Of a stretch of DNA of 39,582 bases, positions 12,524 to 25,219 are shown one piece after another. A model generated the notes under the pieces. The model was not told the DNA's origin. It did not search any database and worked only from the letters and a program-made list of their open reading frames with translations. The translations under genes and the position numbers were made by a program. This stretch comes from Trypethelium eluteriae (lineage: Eukaryota), in assembly GCA_051942245.1 (NCBI GenBank), contig JAVECL010000177.1:1-39582 (forward strand). Direction: 5' to 3'. Within the stretch, counting starts at the first letter, position 1. Every line of letters starts with the position of its first letter.

Positions 12524-13904
12524 ATGGTGCGCTTCGAAACATTCCATGTCGAGAAGGTAAGACCGTTCCAACTTTGTGGTTTTGACCTGCAAGTATTAGA
12601 TTCTTTCTTTCCAATTGCCTTGGTCTTCTACATTCGAGCGTGCGACTGGGATTTGGGCGCGCTCTAACCTTGACGATAGTACATGGACGACCATGAACTC
12701 ACAGCAAAATATAATATCTCTGAGACATGCTGTGCCTCGATCTCCGTCGATCAGCTCGTAGCTCTTTCAGAAAAGAAGGATGCCCAGGTCGTCGACCTTT
12801 CCCGAAAGATGCTGTATGGTGAAATACCTGGCTCTGATGCCCTTCGCTCGAACCTCGCTAGACTCTACTCGACTAAGGTTGGAACTCCTTTGCCTAAGGA
12901 AAACATTAGAATTACTCCCGGAGCGATTGGTGCCAACCAAATCGTTCTTTCTTCTCTGACAGGCCCAGGAGATCATGTCATTTGCCATTACCCTACATAT
13001 CAACAGCTTTACTCTTATCCAGCATCGCTAGGTGCCGAGGTAGAGCTATGGAGGGCACAAGCAGAGAAAGACTGGATACCAAATACCGAGGAGCTGAAGA
13101 AAATGATTAGACCGAACACAAAATTGATAATAGTAAAGTAGATGTCCTCACTCAAGACTGATATATTTGTTTGTGTCTCACACGATCGATAGCAACCCCA
13201 ACAACCCCACCGGAGCAGTTATGAAGAAGTCCTGGATGCAGTCCGTGATCGAAATCGCTGAAGGACACAATATTCCCATTCTCGCCGATGAAGTGTACCG
13301 GCCCTTATTCCACTCCATCAATCCAATGGATCCCGAGTTCCCGCCTTCCATTCTATCAATGGGCTACAAGAACGTCATCGCGACCGGCTCCCTGTCAAAA
13401 GCCTACTCATTAGCAGGTATCCGAGTCGGCTGGATAGCAACGAGAGATCCGGAAATGATCGAGCGGTTTCACCGGGCCAGATACTACAGCGTCATCTCTG
13501 TGAGTGGCATCGACGATCAGATCGCCACCTTCGCTTTGAGCCAGGATACCATTCACGCTCTGCTAGCGAGGAATCTGCAGCTGGCGAGGACAAATCTGGC
13601 GGTACTGGAGAAATTCATGATTAAGCATGACGACTATGCCGAATGGGTGAGGCCACAGGCTGGCACGACCGCCTTTATTAGGTTTTCGCGGGATGGGAAA
13701 CCAGTGGATGCTTTGGACTTTTGCGAAAGGTTGCAGGAGAAGACGGGTGTAATGCTCGTGCCGGGAGACAAATGCTTCGGTGACGAGTTTAAAGGCTACG
13801 TGAGGGTGGGTTTTGTGCAAGAGGAAGATGTTCTAAAAGGAGGGTTGGAGCAACTGAGAAAATTCCTAAGGAAGGACTTTGACGATGTCAAGTTGGCAGA
13901 GTGA
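12524..13904 (+). CDS. PLP-dependent aminotransferase class I/II (capreomycidine-synthase-like/AspAT-like subfamily), 3 exons
   Basis: Exons 12524-12556 (MVRFETFHVEK|gtaag), 12680-13137, 13193-13904. Motifs NNPNNPTG (formed across the splice), ADEVY, SLSKAYSLAGIRVGW (PLP Lys), YVRVGF. Confidence 0.93.
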
Positions 13905-14568
13905 ATGATACTCCCAAAGTTTGTATCTTATTTTCTTGGTACAGGCGGAAGCCCTTTGGATGTATGCTTACATGTCAATGAATCGTCCCTCAGTAGTTCC
14001 TGGAGCGGTCGGTTAACCTTCTGAAAAGGGTGATTGTTGTGGTTACAATCTTCTGGCAATCGCTGAGTACCTGGGCAAGGCCTGGTGCAAAGGCACATAA
14101 CGCAGCGATGATGAAGCGACGAGAACGCTGGAAGCTGCGGCTTTTTGAGTTTAAGGCTACCAATTCTAGGAGTACCTCCCTCGCATCGAATCAGTATGAA
14201 CCTACCTTGGTATATGGAGAGCCGCCGATGCGTAATATACTTCATCTCGGGAGATGACGGTCATTCCCTTGTCTAACTGTATGTCTAAGTATATACCTGT
14301 CAGAGTACTACGTCCTGACTGAGTGAAATTCGGGTAATATGTCCCGCGAGTGTGAAAGATTGGACAATGCCGAGTTCAGATCTCGATGAAAACACAATGA
14401 ATTATGCACAAACTTGAAAACGCCGAGGCTGGCTCACAAGTAGCAGACACTGATCGATATGAACAAAAGCGACGCTCAACATGCTGAGATCTGTACTATC
14501 TCAAGATCAGTTACCCACCATCAGTAAAGCTTCACGACGACCCACTTTAGAACAAGACTCTCCTTCCC

Positions 14569-15104
14569 TCACACATCTTCCCCGGACGCCTCCATCGTGA
14601 AACCACAATCTTGGGCAACACCGCATGCACAGCAACCAGCATCATTATCCCAACATTCCGTGTCACATTTATGCTCACCGGCACCTCCATGCGGCCCGTT
14701 TCCATTTCCGGCAGCACTGCCACCAGTGTCTCCGATGCCTAGAGTGTTCCCGTTTTCCTCACTCTGTGGTTGTTCCGGGGGGATGGGTGGTCCGCCACCA
14801 CCGCCGCCGCCCTTTTTGCTACCGTTACCGCTATTGCCACTTCCGCTTCCGTTCGGGCCTTGTTGCGGCTTAGGAGTTGGGACCTTGCCGCCCAACGGAG
14901 GGCCTGGGATCTATGAAGTCGAGCGTTAGTGGGGGTGGTGGAGGAAGGAGAGTTTCGAGGATGGAGTGAGAGGTGGGAGGGACAGACCTCGCGGGCGACG
15001 AGATGAGGAGGATATCTAGGCACCGGATTGAGAGAATCAACTTGGGCGTTGGCGAGCGCGCCCGCCGTGATGAAAAAATAGATGAAGATTAATTGGAACA
15101 GCAT
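14569..15104 (-). CDS. Small secreted Gly/Pro-rich protein (152 aa) with C-terminal 6-Cys motif; candidate effector or cell-surface protein
   Basis: Exon 1 15104-14988 (MLFQLIFIYFFITAGALANA... hydrophobic signal peptide, 39 codons); intron 14987-14911 (gtctgt...ctaac...catag); exon 2 14910-14569 in frame, ending KCDTECWDNDAGCCACGVAQDCGFTMEASGEDV*. Confidence 0.8.
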
Positions 15105-15970
15105 TTGAAGTAAGTCCGAGCAGTTCGGAAGGTAATAAGTGAATATGAGGAAAGTTGTTTGAAGCGAACTTGGGGAGCAATATATCATATCTTTTGGGAT
15201 GAAAGACAGACTGGCGATTTATAGTTCATGGAAGAGCAACAAACACTCAACCAAGTATTTTCTGTCTCGCTATAGTGAGTTGTGGCTGTACTACCTATCT
15301 CAAGCAGAGCCACTTGGTACGTGCCCATTGCGAGATTTATCCTGGCCACTCATTGCTTCTGCGTCTATTTCTCTTATATGTACATGCCTGCACGGTGCAT
15401 CGAACAAGCGACAGCTGGGATGATCGAGACGTGGCTAAAGGGGGGCGAAGTAGGCACGTTCTTGTATTTTCTGGCAGCTGGCGATGAGGCTCTCTTCACA
15501 CATACGGCGAGGAGGTAACTTTTGGACATCGATGAATCCAAACCTCCTATGAAGGTCGCATCTCCTCGTATGAAGGTAGGTACTGACACCAGCTGCACTT
15601 GAAAACCCTGATGTTTGAGATGACTATGCAATCCTCAACGAAACAATCTGGCTTCCAAGTCTTTGTTCATTCGAGATACTGCCACGCATGCAGTGAATCT
15701 CAAGGTGGCGGATTTTGCTTTCTTTTTTTTGAGCCTTATAATGGCGGAGCTGTACTCGTTTCTGTATATTTTGTCAGAGTAGATTGGTGGAGGCTGGTTT
15801 TCTAATTTTATCCAACGGCTTCAGGATCGATAAAACGGGAATAGTGGAGAGATCTCAGCCCTACAGGAGACGCTAACTTTAGTTACTCCACTACGATAGG
15901 CCGTACGTCTTATCTGACTAAAGTCGCCTGCGTCAGCCACTGTCAAACAAAATGTCTCACTCACCCAAAG

Positions 15971-17823
15971 ATGCAGAACTCTCCAACGGAGACCTCGCCC
16001 CTCTTGGGTCAAGACGCGCCGGTACCTGTCGATCAAGGTGCTGGTGTGGCTGCGAATGGCTCAGAGGAGATCTCAGCAGCAATTCGAGAAGATGGAGATG
16101 CGATTGAGAGGCAGGAGGCTCATGAAGGGCGGCAGAAGCAATTTGAGGGCATGCCAGAGGTCAGGAAGAAGATGAAATACATCATGCCAGCATTAGGAAT
16201 TGGAGTAAGTTCAAGCTCTACAGAGTCACAAAAGCTAGAATCCAGCTTCTAATAGCTACGTGCTAGGTTTTCATGGCTGCGTGCGACCAGACGCTCATTG
16301 TTACTTCGTATGGGAAAATTGGTAGCGAATTGAATGCCCTGAATCAGACTTCTTGGATAGCAACCGCGTATGACCTACTCTCAAGCCCTCCGTAGAGTCC
16401 TCATTTACGATTGAAGGCAGTTACTTCCTGACTCTGACCTCCTTCCAACCGCTTTATGGCAAACTGTCCGACATCTTCTCACGCAAAGGATGCCTCCTCT
16501 TTTCCTACACTGTCTTCGGCCTTGGCTGCCTGTGGTGTGGCCTCGCCCCAGACATGACGAACCTCATCATCGCTAGAGCTTTTGCAGGAGTAGGAGGTGG
16601 CGGTATGTCTACTGTTACCAGCATATTCCTCTCCGACACTGTAGCACTACGGGAAAGAGGTAAATGGCAAGGCTACGTCAATATTATCTATGCATTTGGT
16701 GCTGCCGCCGGTCCGCCATTAGGTGGCTTCCTCGTTGATAGCATTGGATGGCGATGGGCGTTTCTAGTTCAAGTGCCACTTTGCTTCATCGCGTTCCTTG
16801 CCGTCTTCTTCGCTATCAACATTTCGAGAAAGGAGGATTCACACTGGAAAGAGAAACTTCGGCGGATTGACTTCCTGGGCGCTGTCATCCTGCTTGCCGC
16901 CATATCGATGCTTCTCCTTGGTTTGGACCGTGGTAGTAATGTATCATGGGCCGCCACGTTGACCATCGTTTGCCTCGCTGTCTCAATACCCCTCATCGCC
17001 GCCTTCCTCTTCGTAGAAGTCAAGATCGCGTCGGAACCCTTTGCTCCTGGTCGGATTATCTTCGAGCGATCGCTCTTCGCATGTTACCTTTGTAATGGCT
17101 TCAGCTATTGCGGCTGGATGGGAACCGTCTTCTATGTTCCTCTGAAGTTCCAAGCTGTCAATGGATATTCTCCTACGCAAGCTGGTACTGCCATCATACC
17201 TTCTGTGCTAGCTGCAGTCTTTGGATCGCTCTTTGGCGGGTTTTATATGCATCGCTCCGGAAAATACTACTGGATCACTGTTATTTGCTATGCCCTACTA
17301 GTGCTCGGCGCGACCATTGTGTTTCTATTTTCTGGTCTACTCATCGACTCCATACCAGGTATCATTGTAGGAATGGTAGTTGCTGGATTCGGCATCGGTA
17401 TTGGTGTTACGACAACTTTAATAGGTCTAAGTACACATCATCTTTCGTGGACGCTGAGTACGAATGCTAATACTGAAAGTTGCGAATGCCTCCCCGGAAG
17501 ACCAGGCTATTGCCACAGCCTGTTCGTATCTATTTAGATCTCTTGGCAGCACAATGGGGGTTTCGCTCTCCGCAACGGTCGCTAACCAGGTTCTGCGTAC
17601 CCAGTTGGCCGATGCTCTGAGCAGCGGCGAAGATGCAGCAGAAATTGCCGAGCGTGTGCGAGAAAGCTTGTCGTATATTCGAGATCTGGAGCCTGCTGTA
17701 AGAGAGATAGTACAACAGTGCTACGCTCGGTCTGTAAGGGCGGCATTTGGACTCCAGATTGGGCTAGGGGCAGGCGCTTTTGTAAGTGCGTGGTTCATAC
17801 GAGAAAAGAAATTAAGTAATTAG
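15971..17823 (+). CDS. MFS transporter, DHA2/Vba-like family (probably 14 TMS), 4 exons
   Basis: Exons 15971-16204, 16267-16367, 16421-17430, 17480-17823. Motifs DQTLIVTSY, WIATAYFLTLTSFQPLYGKLSDIFSRK, ARAFAGVGGGG, GPPLGG...GWRWAF, RIDFLG. N-terminal ETSPLL resembles a dileucine vacuolar sorting signal. Confidence 0.93.
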
Positions 17824-18054
17824 GAAAAAAAAAAGAGTTGACTCTGGCATCTCATTTTACCTATCTTCCTGATTGAAGGCGAAAAACTAAAGCGTACAGT
17901 ATCTCCAATTTAGCATATGCATGTCTATCTACCGTACATCTGGTTGGGATATTGCAAGAGCACCTCTTATGATCTTGAATGCGGCTTGCTGACACAAGCA
18001 CCTTTATCCATGCAACCGAACACATCAAATGAAGGAAGAAGAACAGGGATCCAA

Positions 18055-19937
18055 CTATAACTTCATCCCCAACACCTTATGTACCCTCAGCGCCTGCCTT
18101 ATGCTCAAATCCAGCATGATTTCTTCGCTTCCGCCGGGTATAGCGTAGGCCCTGACGTCTCTATACAACCTCTCAACCTTCGCACCCTGGCCGCCCCGTG
18201 AATAACTCAAGCCGCCGAAGATCTGACTCGCCTCTCTTGCACAGAACTCAAACGTCGTTGTGGACTGTGCCTTTAATCCTGCGATAGCTCCTCCTAGCTT
18301 CAGCATCGCCTCCGTCTCATCCATGCGCTGGCACTGGAACACCATATTCTCGAGCCAATTATACGACGCCTCGATCTGACGAGCCATATGCGCGAGCTTG
18401 AGCCGAATGACCGGATGCTCGATGAGCTTCTTGCCAAAAGTCCGCCGCTTGTGCGCGTACTTGACAGACTCCTCGTAGCAGACGCGGGAGAAGCGGATGC
18501 ACTGGATGATGATGCCAATGCGCTCGTGGTTGAAGTTGGTCATGATGACCCGGAAGCCTTGGTTCTCCTTGCCGATGAGGTTCTCGACGGGCACTTTGAC
18601 GTCCTCGAAGGTCACGTAGGCGGTGCCGGAGGACCACACGCCTTGGCAGTCCATCTTGCGGGTTGAGACGCCGCCGTGATTACGCTCGATGAGGAGGAGG
18701 GAGAGGCCGTTCATGCCGGGACCGCCGGTGCGGACGGCTGTGGTGAAGTAGTCGCACCAGACGCCGTTGGTGATCCATTTCTTCTCACCGTTGACGATGT
18801 AGTGCTTCCCGTCTTCGGTAAGTTTGGCTTCGCAAGTGAGGTTGGCAACATCGCTACCAGCATCCTGGGATGTGTTAGTATAGAGGTATGAAATAGTACC
18901 CGGGGCTTGCAGGATGCCTTACTGGTTCGGTAATGGCAAGGCAAATGCGCTTGTCGCCGCTCAGAATACCCGGTAGTACGCGGTCGATGACCTCTTGCTT
19001 GCCGTAGTGGGCTAATGGAGGACACCCAATACCGAAGCCACCAACAAGATTCCATACCAGACCACCGCTTCCGGCGCGCGAGATCTCGTCCGTAAGAAGC
19101 ATCTCGTGGAAGAAGTCCCATTTCTCGGGCGGCACACTCTTGATTGGTGTCTTGGTCAAATGCGTCTGATAGCTCATGCCCAAAAGACCTGGAAGATAAC
19201 CGCGCGTGCCCATTTGCTTATAAATCTCATCCGGCACCTTCTTTGCTTCATCCCATTCTGTGACATTGGGCATTATTTCTTCTTCCACCCATTGACGGAC
19301 TTCTTCCCGAAGGGCGACGTGCGTTTCGTTGTAATAGGGGGAGTGTTGCTACGGGGAATGTAAGTAAAGCTGAATGCCAATTGAATAGACGGAGACGGGT
19401 GACTCACGGATTGATACCATCCCGGATCAGCGTATGGAACGAGATCTCCAAATTGGTCAAATGCTTCAATCTCTTCTTGCGCACTTGGGCCTGGTGCCGG
19501 AACTACGACGCCAGACTCTGCTGTTGGTACCACAGCTTCTTTCTGGGGTGGGCTTGGGGGCGGCGTTGGTGGGGCAGCAAGTTTTGGCTTGGAATCTAGT
19601 GATCCGACTTGTAATTGTTTCTGATATTTCTTAAGGATGCTTTCGTTGTGATATTTCCAGAACTGTTTCGATGCGTCCTTGCCGGCGACTCTTTGAAGGA
19701 CTATCACATGTCAGGGGCTGTTGTAGCTTGGGGAATTTCTGCTCGCACTCTTCTTGCCACCTGCATACAAATCGTCAGTTGAGTTCTTCTGGTACTTTCA
19801 GCTGCTAGAGGATGGTTCTGACCTGGATGCTCATCTTGGAATTTGCTTAAATCGTACACATCGTCATCAACGATGATCCACAGATTCTCTGGTTTGTTAT
19901 GTGATGAGACGTCATCCTTGGAGAATTTTTGAGACAT
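18055..19937 (-). CDS. Acyl-CoA dehydrogenase with N-terminal cytochrome b5 heme-binding domain, 5 exons
   Basis: Exons 19937-19823, 19760-19749 (12 nt), 19700-19408, 19348-18923, 18864-18055. b5 motifs WIIVDDDVYDL..F..EHPGG and AGKDASKQFWKYH; ACAD motifs CLAITEPDAGSDVA, NGEKKWITNG, QIFGGLSY, IPGGSEEIM. Confidence 0.95.
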
Positions 19938-20310
19938 TACGGTGGATAGGAAATATGCTGAGGGAGTCGCAAGGCCAAGGAAAGAATGCAACTAGTAGGT
20001 GGAGGCAGATGTCAAGCAGAAATGCAATGGTCAGTTGGACTTTATTCGGCTTCAGCTTTCACATGTCAGACCCGTGCACGTCTCGTGAGCGACGATACGA
20101 TCCGGTGGGGCCCCGGCGTAGAATCTGGCTGCGGCTGCGACTGGATCTGAGCTCGTCGCGCCTCTGATGTTGTCGATTTGCCGCACAAGTCTTGCTTGCT
20201 GGCCTCATAGCGTTGCTCATGTACGGGCATCGTCTTCTTCACGTGAGGACGCCTTCAGTGACCTCCGGCTGCACCATCGCCGCAAACAAGCGCAATCCAG
20301 GGTCTTTGTG

Positions 20311-20400
20311 CCTCGGCATGCAGTCATTCATGTACGTACCGCAAGCCATGTGTGTGAGTCTTTGCTATTCGTCCGTAACTCGAGTGGCTGAGATCCGAGG
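20311..20400. promoter_or_regulatory. Two CCTCGG/CCGAGG motifs (putative FarA/FarB fatty-acid response sites) in the divergent ACAD/cupin promoter
   Basis: CCTCGG at 20311-20316 and CCGAGG at 20395-20400, about 375-460 bp upstream of the ACAD ATG. This hexamer is the known FarA/FarB core, but a 6-mer can occur by chance. Confidence 0.45.
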
Positions 20401-20986
20401 GCATCAACGGGCCGAGATGTCTCGGGAGATGCTGCATGTCATAAGTGCACCCCTGGAAGATGAATAAACCTAACGTAGGTAAGCCGACAAGGAAATGTGA
20501 GACATCCCTGATTGACAAGGGGTCTCTATGTTTAGGCGCATAAGGAGACCATCTCGACTTTCACACAGGATAAAAGCAAGTCGACTTTTGTGATAAAGTA
20601 CAAGTTCAACACTAATCCAGCTTAAGGGTGTGAAGTACTTGATGCCTTCCTTGACACTCACAGGGCGATATGCACAGCCGCAATAATTCATGCAATGACG
20701 CAAACGCGATCAAGGATATCTTTCTGCTTTTGTTGAACGACATGTTGCGGAAGCCATCGGATTCCTTCCTTTGTCTCTTCCTATTCTGCCAAGGGAACCC
20801 TTTCCTGAAGTAGGCCTGAGGGGTGAGGAGTACCAGAGTAGCACGAGCATGACGTCACAAGAGGTTTGCGTTATTTACCGTTCTCTTCCCCGTTACCGAA
20901 TCCGGGAATGATATTGATCGCCAACCTACAACAACCTCTTTATACGTTCATTTCCCTACAAATAACCATCTTTTTGTTAGAAACTG

Positions 20987-21645
20987 ATGAGAATGCCGCT
21001 ACAGAATGTTCATGTTACTCGAGGTGCTGATCTGCAAACCAGCGGAGCGCAGACTGAGGGCATGATTAGGTACTTTCCAGTAAAATGCAGCACCATCCCT
21101 TACTAAGATGATGTCTGGCTAGACAAAATGCCATTGCTGGTTTGGCCGACAATCTTTGCGCTTCAGGTCTGCATGTTTCTTTACAACTATCTCATTGAAT
21201 GCTAACCGAAGACGAGTCATGATCGCCAAGCCACACACAGCCTCGGATATCCATCACCATGGCGAGCAGGGTGCGTTTTCTCTAGATGATCGGTCATATC
21301 GCAAGAGTAGCGCCACCTAACGTCTTGATCTAGATACTATCGTTTATGCTGCCAAGGGCCACGGTACCGTTGTCAGTAAAGGTGGCGAAGAGCGCCAGAA
21401 TCTCGAGCCTGGTGACTTTGCCTTGATACCAGGTAAATATCGGGATTGGATGAAAAGTCGGGAAATTCCTTGGCTAACGAGCACTAGCATTCGCAGAGCA
21501 TCAGGAGGTCAATGACACTGACGAACCAGTCGTCTGGATCATCACTCGAAGCGGACGAGAGCCGTTTGTGAGGAATCTAGAAGGCTGGAACTTGAGCAAG
21601 CGTGACAGGAAAGCCAATTCGCCTGTGGAGAATAGGACCAGCTAG
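20987..21645 (+). CDS. Cupin-domain (RmlC-like) protein, 5 short exons, not in the ORF track
   Basis: Exons 20987(or 20993)-21069, 21123-21166, 21217-21270, 21334-21432, 21488-21645 splice to M(RM)PLQNVHVTRGADLQTSGAQTEGMIRQNAIAGLADNLCASVMIAKPHTASDIHHHGEQDTIVYAAKGHGTVVSKGGEERQNLEPGDFALIPAFAEHQEVNDTDEPVVWIITRSG...RTS*. Cupin motif 1 (HHHGEQDTIVY..KG.G) and motif 2 (GDFALIP...HQEVN) are both present. Confidence 0.9.
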
Positions 21646-22369
21646 CTTTGGCGAAGAGAGATGACCAGGTCTGGTGTATTGGATATGACTTTCTTGTATG
21701 GTGTACTCCGTAATCATGTTGACCTAGGCCATTCCTGATATTAATTAATTTGCAATTTGCACCTTGAATTGAAAACACGATACAGCGCTCGGATGATTCG
21801 TACGTCCACTGCAAACATACAGCTGTCAGTAGGGTTTGTATCTGCTTTTTGGCTTGGCAATGAATACGCCAATCAGTGTCGAGTTCTTCAAAAGACCCTG
21901 CATAGAGTAGAGTAAGCTAGACCCAACTACTCCAGCTCGACCTCCGACCGACGCCTTTCAACTTGCTTCATCCAGTCCCTTATCACCCGAGTTCTTTGTC
22001 GCGACAGTACCAGCTAAGTGGTCTTTGCTGCGCCTCGCCATTTATGCCAAGGGAGGCTTGCAGTCAAATGACCGGTTCACGTCATACAATGGGGACGGAA
22101 CGGGAGCGTGGGGAATGTTCACGCCCACACTCAGGGTCCATTTTGTGGCGCCCTAGAGGTCTGTGCCGTCAAGGTTGATGGGCTAGACCTCGACTGCGGG
22201 CATACGGTGTACCATCGTACTAATAAGCAAACATGATTCATTCAGACTTCACTTCAATGGCGTAGATCACCTGCATCTTATCATCTTTGAGCCTCTCTAC
22301 TTCATCACTGTCAGACCTCGTCTGTGAAGCTCGGGTTTCGAAGCTTGAGCTTTACCAGATCCCGCAGTC

Positions 22370-25219
22370 ATGGCTACCACAGTTACGCATAGTTTCACCA
22401 AGACCGTGTCGGTTACCTCAAGTACAGCGTCTAGCACCAGTAGAGCAAAGGCGCAAGGCGGTATCCTAGAAGGTGGCAATCCATCCGTCTATGATCCGAC
22501 GAATCCGATCATCATCTTCATAATACAAGTATGCTTCTGATTATACTGTGTGTTACATTCTAGCTAACATTACAACTAGGCTGGCATCATCCTTATCTTC
22601 TGTCGTCTACTTCATTATCCATTGTCGAGGATCCGCCAACCACGAGTCATAGCAGAAGTCATTGGAGGGGTCCTCTTAGGCCCCTCTGTGATGGGTTTGT
22701 TATTTCAAGGCTTTGCACAATCTTGGTTTCCCTGACGTACGGTCATAGGACGCATCCCCGGCTTTACCAATGCGATCTTTCCTGCAGCTGCTATGCCGAA
22801 CCTGACCCTGGTCGCTAATCTTGGACTGGTTTTGTTCCTCTTCCTCGTGGGACTTGAAGTCGACCTCCGCTTTCTTGGCAGCAACTGGCGAGTCGCGCTG
22901 ACCGTAAGTGCGGCGTCAATGGTCTTGCCTTTTGGACTTGGATGCGCCATCGCTTGGGGCTTGTACAACGAATTCAGACATGAGCCGGGACTTGTGCCGA
23001 TTAGCTTCGGAACCTACATGTTGTTCATCGGTATTGCTATGGCTATCACGGTAAATATGAGAGACTCAACCGCGCTCCTGACTGGCTAATGTTCTTCCAG
23101 GCTTTCCCTGTGCTTTGCAGAATTCTGACGGAATTGAAATTGTTGAGCACGCCAGTTGGAGTCATCACTCTTGCTGCTGGTGTTGGTAATGATGTTGTTG
23201 GCTGGATCCTTCTCGCGCTTTGCGTTGCTCTCGTGAACGCTGGTAGCGGCATCACTGCCCTTTGGGTCCTTCTCACTTGCGTTGGCTACGCGCTATTCCT
23301 TTACTTTGCCGTTCGACCTGGCTTAATGTGGATTCTGCGCAGAACTCATAGTATTGAGAATGGTCCAAGCCAAAGCATTGTCGCCCTGACTCTTCTCATT
23401 GCCATCACCTCCGCCTTTTTCACAGGCGTGATCGGAGTACACCCTATCTTTGGAGCTTTCATGGCGGGTCTGATCTGTCCCCACGAAGGAGGTTTTGCCA
23501 TCAAAGTGACGGAAAAGGTTGAAGACCTTGTTAGCACCCTTTTCCTCCCGCTCTATTTTGCGCTTTCCGGTCTGAGTACCAACCTGGGTCTTTTGAACAA
23601 TGGGATAACTTGGGCCTACGTCGTTGGAGTCATCGCCATTGCTTTTTTGGCCAAATTCTCGGGGGCCTCCATTTCTGCAAGATTGAATGGTTTAATGTGG
23701 AGAGAAAGCTTTAGTATCGGCGCTTTAATGAGTTGTAAGGGTCTTGTGGAACTCATCGTTTTGGTAAGCATCGCCGGCTGCCAGGTCAATAGATTATTAC
23801 TGACCTACTTTCAAGAATATTGGTCTTCAAGCGAAGATTCTAAGCCAGAGGACCTTCACCATCTTCGTTGTTATGGCTCTTGTGACAACGTTCGCTACAA
23901 CCCCACTTACGTCCGCCTTGTACCCATCCTGGTACCAAAAGAAGCTTGAGGCTTGGAAACGCGGAGAGATTGACTGGGATACGGGAAATCTTATTGATTC
24001 AACCGATCACGAAGACGGTGTCGATCCAATCGCGGCCGAGAAAGCTGGTAGTGGCAGTGTCCGAAGACTTCTCGTTTATCTCCGTCTGGACAACATGCCT
24101 TCTTTGATCGCATTCATGTCGTTGATGGGCAGTACCGGATCTTCTGCTCCAAAGACGCATCCTTCAAAGCAATCTTCAAGTGAGGAGATCCATCAACCGA
24201 ATCGTGCAGTCGAAGTCCATGGCGTCCGCATGGTCGAACTTACGGACCGTGATTCATCCGTCATGCAAGTCTCGGAGATCGATGAATTCTCTGCTCACGA
24301 TCCGCTGGTGAACACTTTGCGTACGTTCGGCCAGATGCATAATCTCGCCGCTTCTGGAGAAGTCGCGATCGTGCCAGAATCTGGATATGCGGATATGCTC
24401 GTCACCAAGGCGGCTGATGCTGATTCTAATATGATTCTGCTCCCATGGAGCGAAACAGGCAGCATGTCAGAGACCCAGACCATCTCATCAGATAGTGTAA
24501 GGAACAAGCTGGCATCAAATACTTATATTCAATTCGTATCCACAGTTCTGAATAACGCCCGCTGCAGTACGGCTGTTTTTGTCAATAGAGGCTTTGGCGG
24601 AAATTCTGTTCTGCGAGAGCGTAGTCGCATTCTGTCGCGGACTACGAGCTCCTTCAGCATACACAGCGCAAATGCTCGCGACCAGGTCAGACCACTCACC
24701 GATCGGACCCACCACATATTCATGCCATTCTTCGGCGGCGCGGACGACAAAAAGGCGCTCCGGCTCGTCTTGCAGCTAGCTCAAAACTCCGATGTTACGG
24801 CCACCATTATCCACTACGAGACCAATGAAGAGAGGGAGAGGCTTCTGACTAGTGGTCACGAGCAGAAGACGGGACACGACAAGTCCGCGACCGTGAACAT
24901 GACTGGAAACCTTACCACTGACGACGCCGTATTCTTCTCATCCGTCACAACGTCACTACCCGCAGGACTAGACTCGCGCGTTCTTGTGGAATCTTGTCAA
25001 GTGGAAGACCGCGTCTCTGCTGCTATTGAGAGGGCGAAACAGGAGATTTCTCAGAACCCGCGAAATGCTGGAGATCTAGTGGTCGTGGGTCGGAGCGCGA
25101 CTCGCTTGAGTACTGACGCTGGAGGCTCGAAGAAATGCCTAGGTGCATTTGCCGAAGTGGTTCTGGCGAGTGGATTGAGGACTAGTGTACTTGCTGTGCA
25201 AGCGGCTCCAGAATCCTAA
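22370..25219 (+). CDS. KHA1: K+/H+ antiporter (CPA2 family), 5 exons
   Basis: Exons 22370-22528, 22580-22694, 22749-23050, 23101-23763, 23816-25219. Motifs [75 protein letters not shown]; long cytosolic C-terminal tail. Confidence 0.95.
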
